From Lama glama (Eukaryota), in contig CM052820.1 of NCBI GenBank assembly GCA_028534125.1, positions 6,138,001 through 6,202,000 of the forward strand: a stretch of DNA of 64,000 bases, given 5' to 3'. The notes beneath the pieces are model-generated. The model was not told the origin of the DNA. It was given only the letters and a program-made list of their open reading frames with translations, and ran no database searches. The position numbers were made by a program, and so were the translations under genes. Every line of letters starts with the position of its first letter. The stretch's first letter is position 1. Below are positions 62,048 to 64,000 of this stretch, piece by piece.

Positions 62048-62658
62048 ATATGGTTTCAGATTCTAGATTATAACTTTTAAGAAACCACTAGTTTCTACGA
62101 GTACAAAGATGAATATCCACAATTATCTGAAAAAGCTGTTAGAATGTTCCTTTCTTTTCCAACTACGTATCTGTCTGAAGCAAGATTATCTTCATATACT
62201 TCAACCAAAATAACTTATCCCACAGATTGAACAGAGAAGCATATATGAGAAGCCAGTTTAATATCTTCTCTAAGACAGACATGAAAGAGATTTATGAAAA
62301 TGTAAAACATCCTTCTCTCCTAATTTTGTTTTAGAAAATAGTTACTTTTTAAGTAAAATTTTATTTATGTTAACGTATAATGAATTGAGTTTATTATTAT
62401 TATTTTAATTGAAATAAATAAATGTTCAAAATCTTTATCAGTTTTAATTTCTAACAGGGTAAACAGTGGTAATACATATACACAAAAGCTCTTTGAGGTC
62501 CTCAACAATTTTACAGGGCCAGAAACCAAAAAGTTTGACAATTGCTAGTCTAAATCATCTCTCAAGAAATTCAGACACATAGACATTTTATACTATTTCA
62601 TTTTCTCAAAGACATTACACGTAGAGCCTTCTGTTCAGCTCCAATCTGAACTCATTGT

Positions 62659-62776
62659 GTGTGTGTGTTTTTTTTTAAGATGACTAATTTTATTTTTTAA
62701 ACAGAGTTACTGGTGATTGAATCTAGGACCCTGTGCATGTGAAACATGCGATCTACCACTGAGCTATACCCATCCC
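62659..62776 (-). mobile_element. Second tRNA-derived camelid-type SINE, with 14-bp TSD
   Basis: Minus strand reads gggatgggtatagctcagtggtagatcgcatg...gtcctagattcaatc. TSD tctgaactcattgt (62645-62658) and tctgaacccactgt (62777-62790). Confidence 0.85.
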
Positions 62777-62846
62777 TCTGAACCCACTGTCTTCTGCATC
62801 TGCGTAGAGCTAGTACCCTAGGATCTTTCTTCACAAGCATCTAGGT

Positions 62847-63065
62847 CAGGTGTCAATAATCATGACCTGTGGGCCGAATATAGCCTGCCACTTGTTTTTA
62901 AGTGAGTTTCACTGGGACACAGCCATGCTCATCACTTACGTATTGTTTATTGTCTTTTTTGTGCTCCAACAGCAGAGGTGAGTCGTTGTGACTGAAACCA
63001 ATTGGCCTACAAAGCCAAAAAGACTTACTATCCGGCCCTTTACAGTAAAAGTTTGCTGACTTGAG
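62847..63065 (+). mobile_element. MER58A hAT MITE with perfect 8-bp TSD
   Basis: TSD atctaggt at 62839-62846 and 63066-63073; ggcctacaaagccaaaaagacttactatccggccctttacagtaaaagtttgctgac. Confidence 0.85.
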
Positions 63066-63073
63066 ATCTAGGT

Positions 63074-64000
63074 GATTCTTTCACTTCTTTACTGTACTGG
63101 CTTATTTGTTTCTTGAATTGCATGTCTTTTGATTTACTCTTTCATTTTGGTGAAGTACATCTTCTGGTAGCTTCCTGAGAAAGGGTATATGAGAGGTACT
63201 TTTTTTTTTTTTTTAAGATCTTGCATGTCTGAAAATGTCCTTTCCTACTCTCACATTTTATTGATAGCTTAGCTGGGTATAGTATTTTAGCATAGAAGTC
63301 AGTGTTTCAGAAATTAGAGAGCTTTTGCTTCACCATCATCTAGCTTCTAGGGTTATAAAAGAAAAGTCTTAAGTCATTCTGAGTTCTGATAGACTGTATG
63401 TGACTCTTTTTCCTTCTTAGAGCCTATAGGATCTTTCCTTTGTCCTCAGTGTTCTGAGATTTTGTGATGATGTAGCTTGGTGATTTTGCATCTCCATTAC
63501 TGTGCTGGGCAGTGGACTCTTTCAGTCTGGAAAGTCACATCCTCCAGCAATAGGGCATTTCCCTGAATTATTTTGTAGATCATTTCTTCTTCTTTTTCTC
63601 TGCTCTCTATCTCTTGAATGTTCACTGAACAGATGTTGGATATCTTGGACTGGTCCTCTACTTTTCTTGTCTTTTCTAGCTCATTCTGGGACAATTCCTC
63701 AACTTTATCTTATAATCTGAAACTTGAGTCTTCAATTCTTCCATCATGTTTTTAATTTCATGTTGTCAATTTAATTTTTAGAAAGAACTCCTCCCCCTCA
63801 CTGATGTTTCTTTTTTAAAATATCTAGATCTTGTAACATAGATACTTTCTTTGAAAAGAAATTCTCTGAGGATATAAAAGATAGTTTCTTTTCCTAGTAT
63901 TGTCTGTTTTGTTCTAGTTGCTTTTCTGTTTGCTTTGGTTTTTCTATTTCATATTAGAGGCTTTTCTCTTGGTTATCTCTTTGACACAGGAAAGTGAAAG
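63074..64000 (-). mobile_element. Old L1/HAL1 ORF1 remnant
   Basis: ORF 63497..63694 (KVEDQSKISNICSVNIQE...IYKIIQGNALLLEDVTFQTERVHC) resembles the L1 ORF1 RRM region. Confidence 0.75.

Larger units (their letters stand above)
60852..62548 (-). mobile_element. Charlie1-family hAT DNA transposon, interrupted by an MLT1 LTR
   Basis: Ends tagtggttctcgaagt... and ...ccaaaaagtttgacaattgcta. Internal landmarks: ggtccctgagacccttttaggg, gaggtcaaactattttcataat, cagattgaacagagaagcatatatgagaa. Flanks gcctaaaa and gtctaaat resemble an 8-bp hAT target. Strand is tentative. Confidence 0.8.

Noticed and set aside
47352-64000. Preceding DIS3L2 exon (…PMLPRLLCEELCSLNP…)
   Set aside because: Searched by eye on the minus strand and not found. 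It is probably beyond the window; the only gap here is flanked by repeats.
1-64000. CRISPR arrays, operons or other prokaryotic systems
   Set aside because: The sequence is mammalian intronic DNA, with no regularly spaced repeat-spacer structure or gene-dense segment.

Overview
Mammalian genomic DNA, most likely camelid, judging by two short tRNA-derived SINEs of the camelid Vic-1 type. It lies largely within the long introns of DIS3L2 (RNase II/RNB-family 3'-5' exoribonuclease), transcribed on the minus strand. Two internal coding exons are directly readable: 47351-47118 (234 nt, IIDEWFGRT...ALRLDQ) and 14880-14801 (80 nt, [27 protein letters not shown]). They splice in frame across a ~32.2 kb GT-AG intron and probably correspond to human exons 13 and 14 (numbering from memory). 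I did not find the preceding or following exons in the window. The rest is a layered fossil record of transposable elements: L1, L2, MIR, hAT DNA transposons (Charlie1, MER58, MER20), ERVL/MaLR and ERV1-type LTRs, and young SINEs, several with readable target-site duplications. There are six N gaps; one is exactly 500 N and separates a GC-rich 3.5 kb block that may not be contiguous. Nearly all ORF-track entries are spurious. I found no well-supported new biological system. The best leads are an inverted LTR pair near the 234-nt exon, a chimeric-looking L1 junction, an ERVL gag remnant, and candidate intronic enhancers. Repeat family names are from visual recognition, not a database search, and boundaries without TSDs are approximate.
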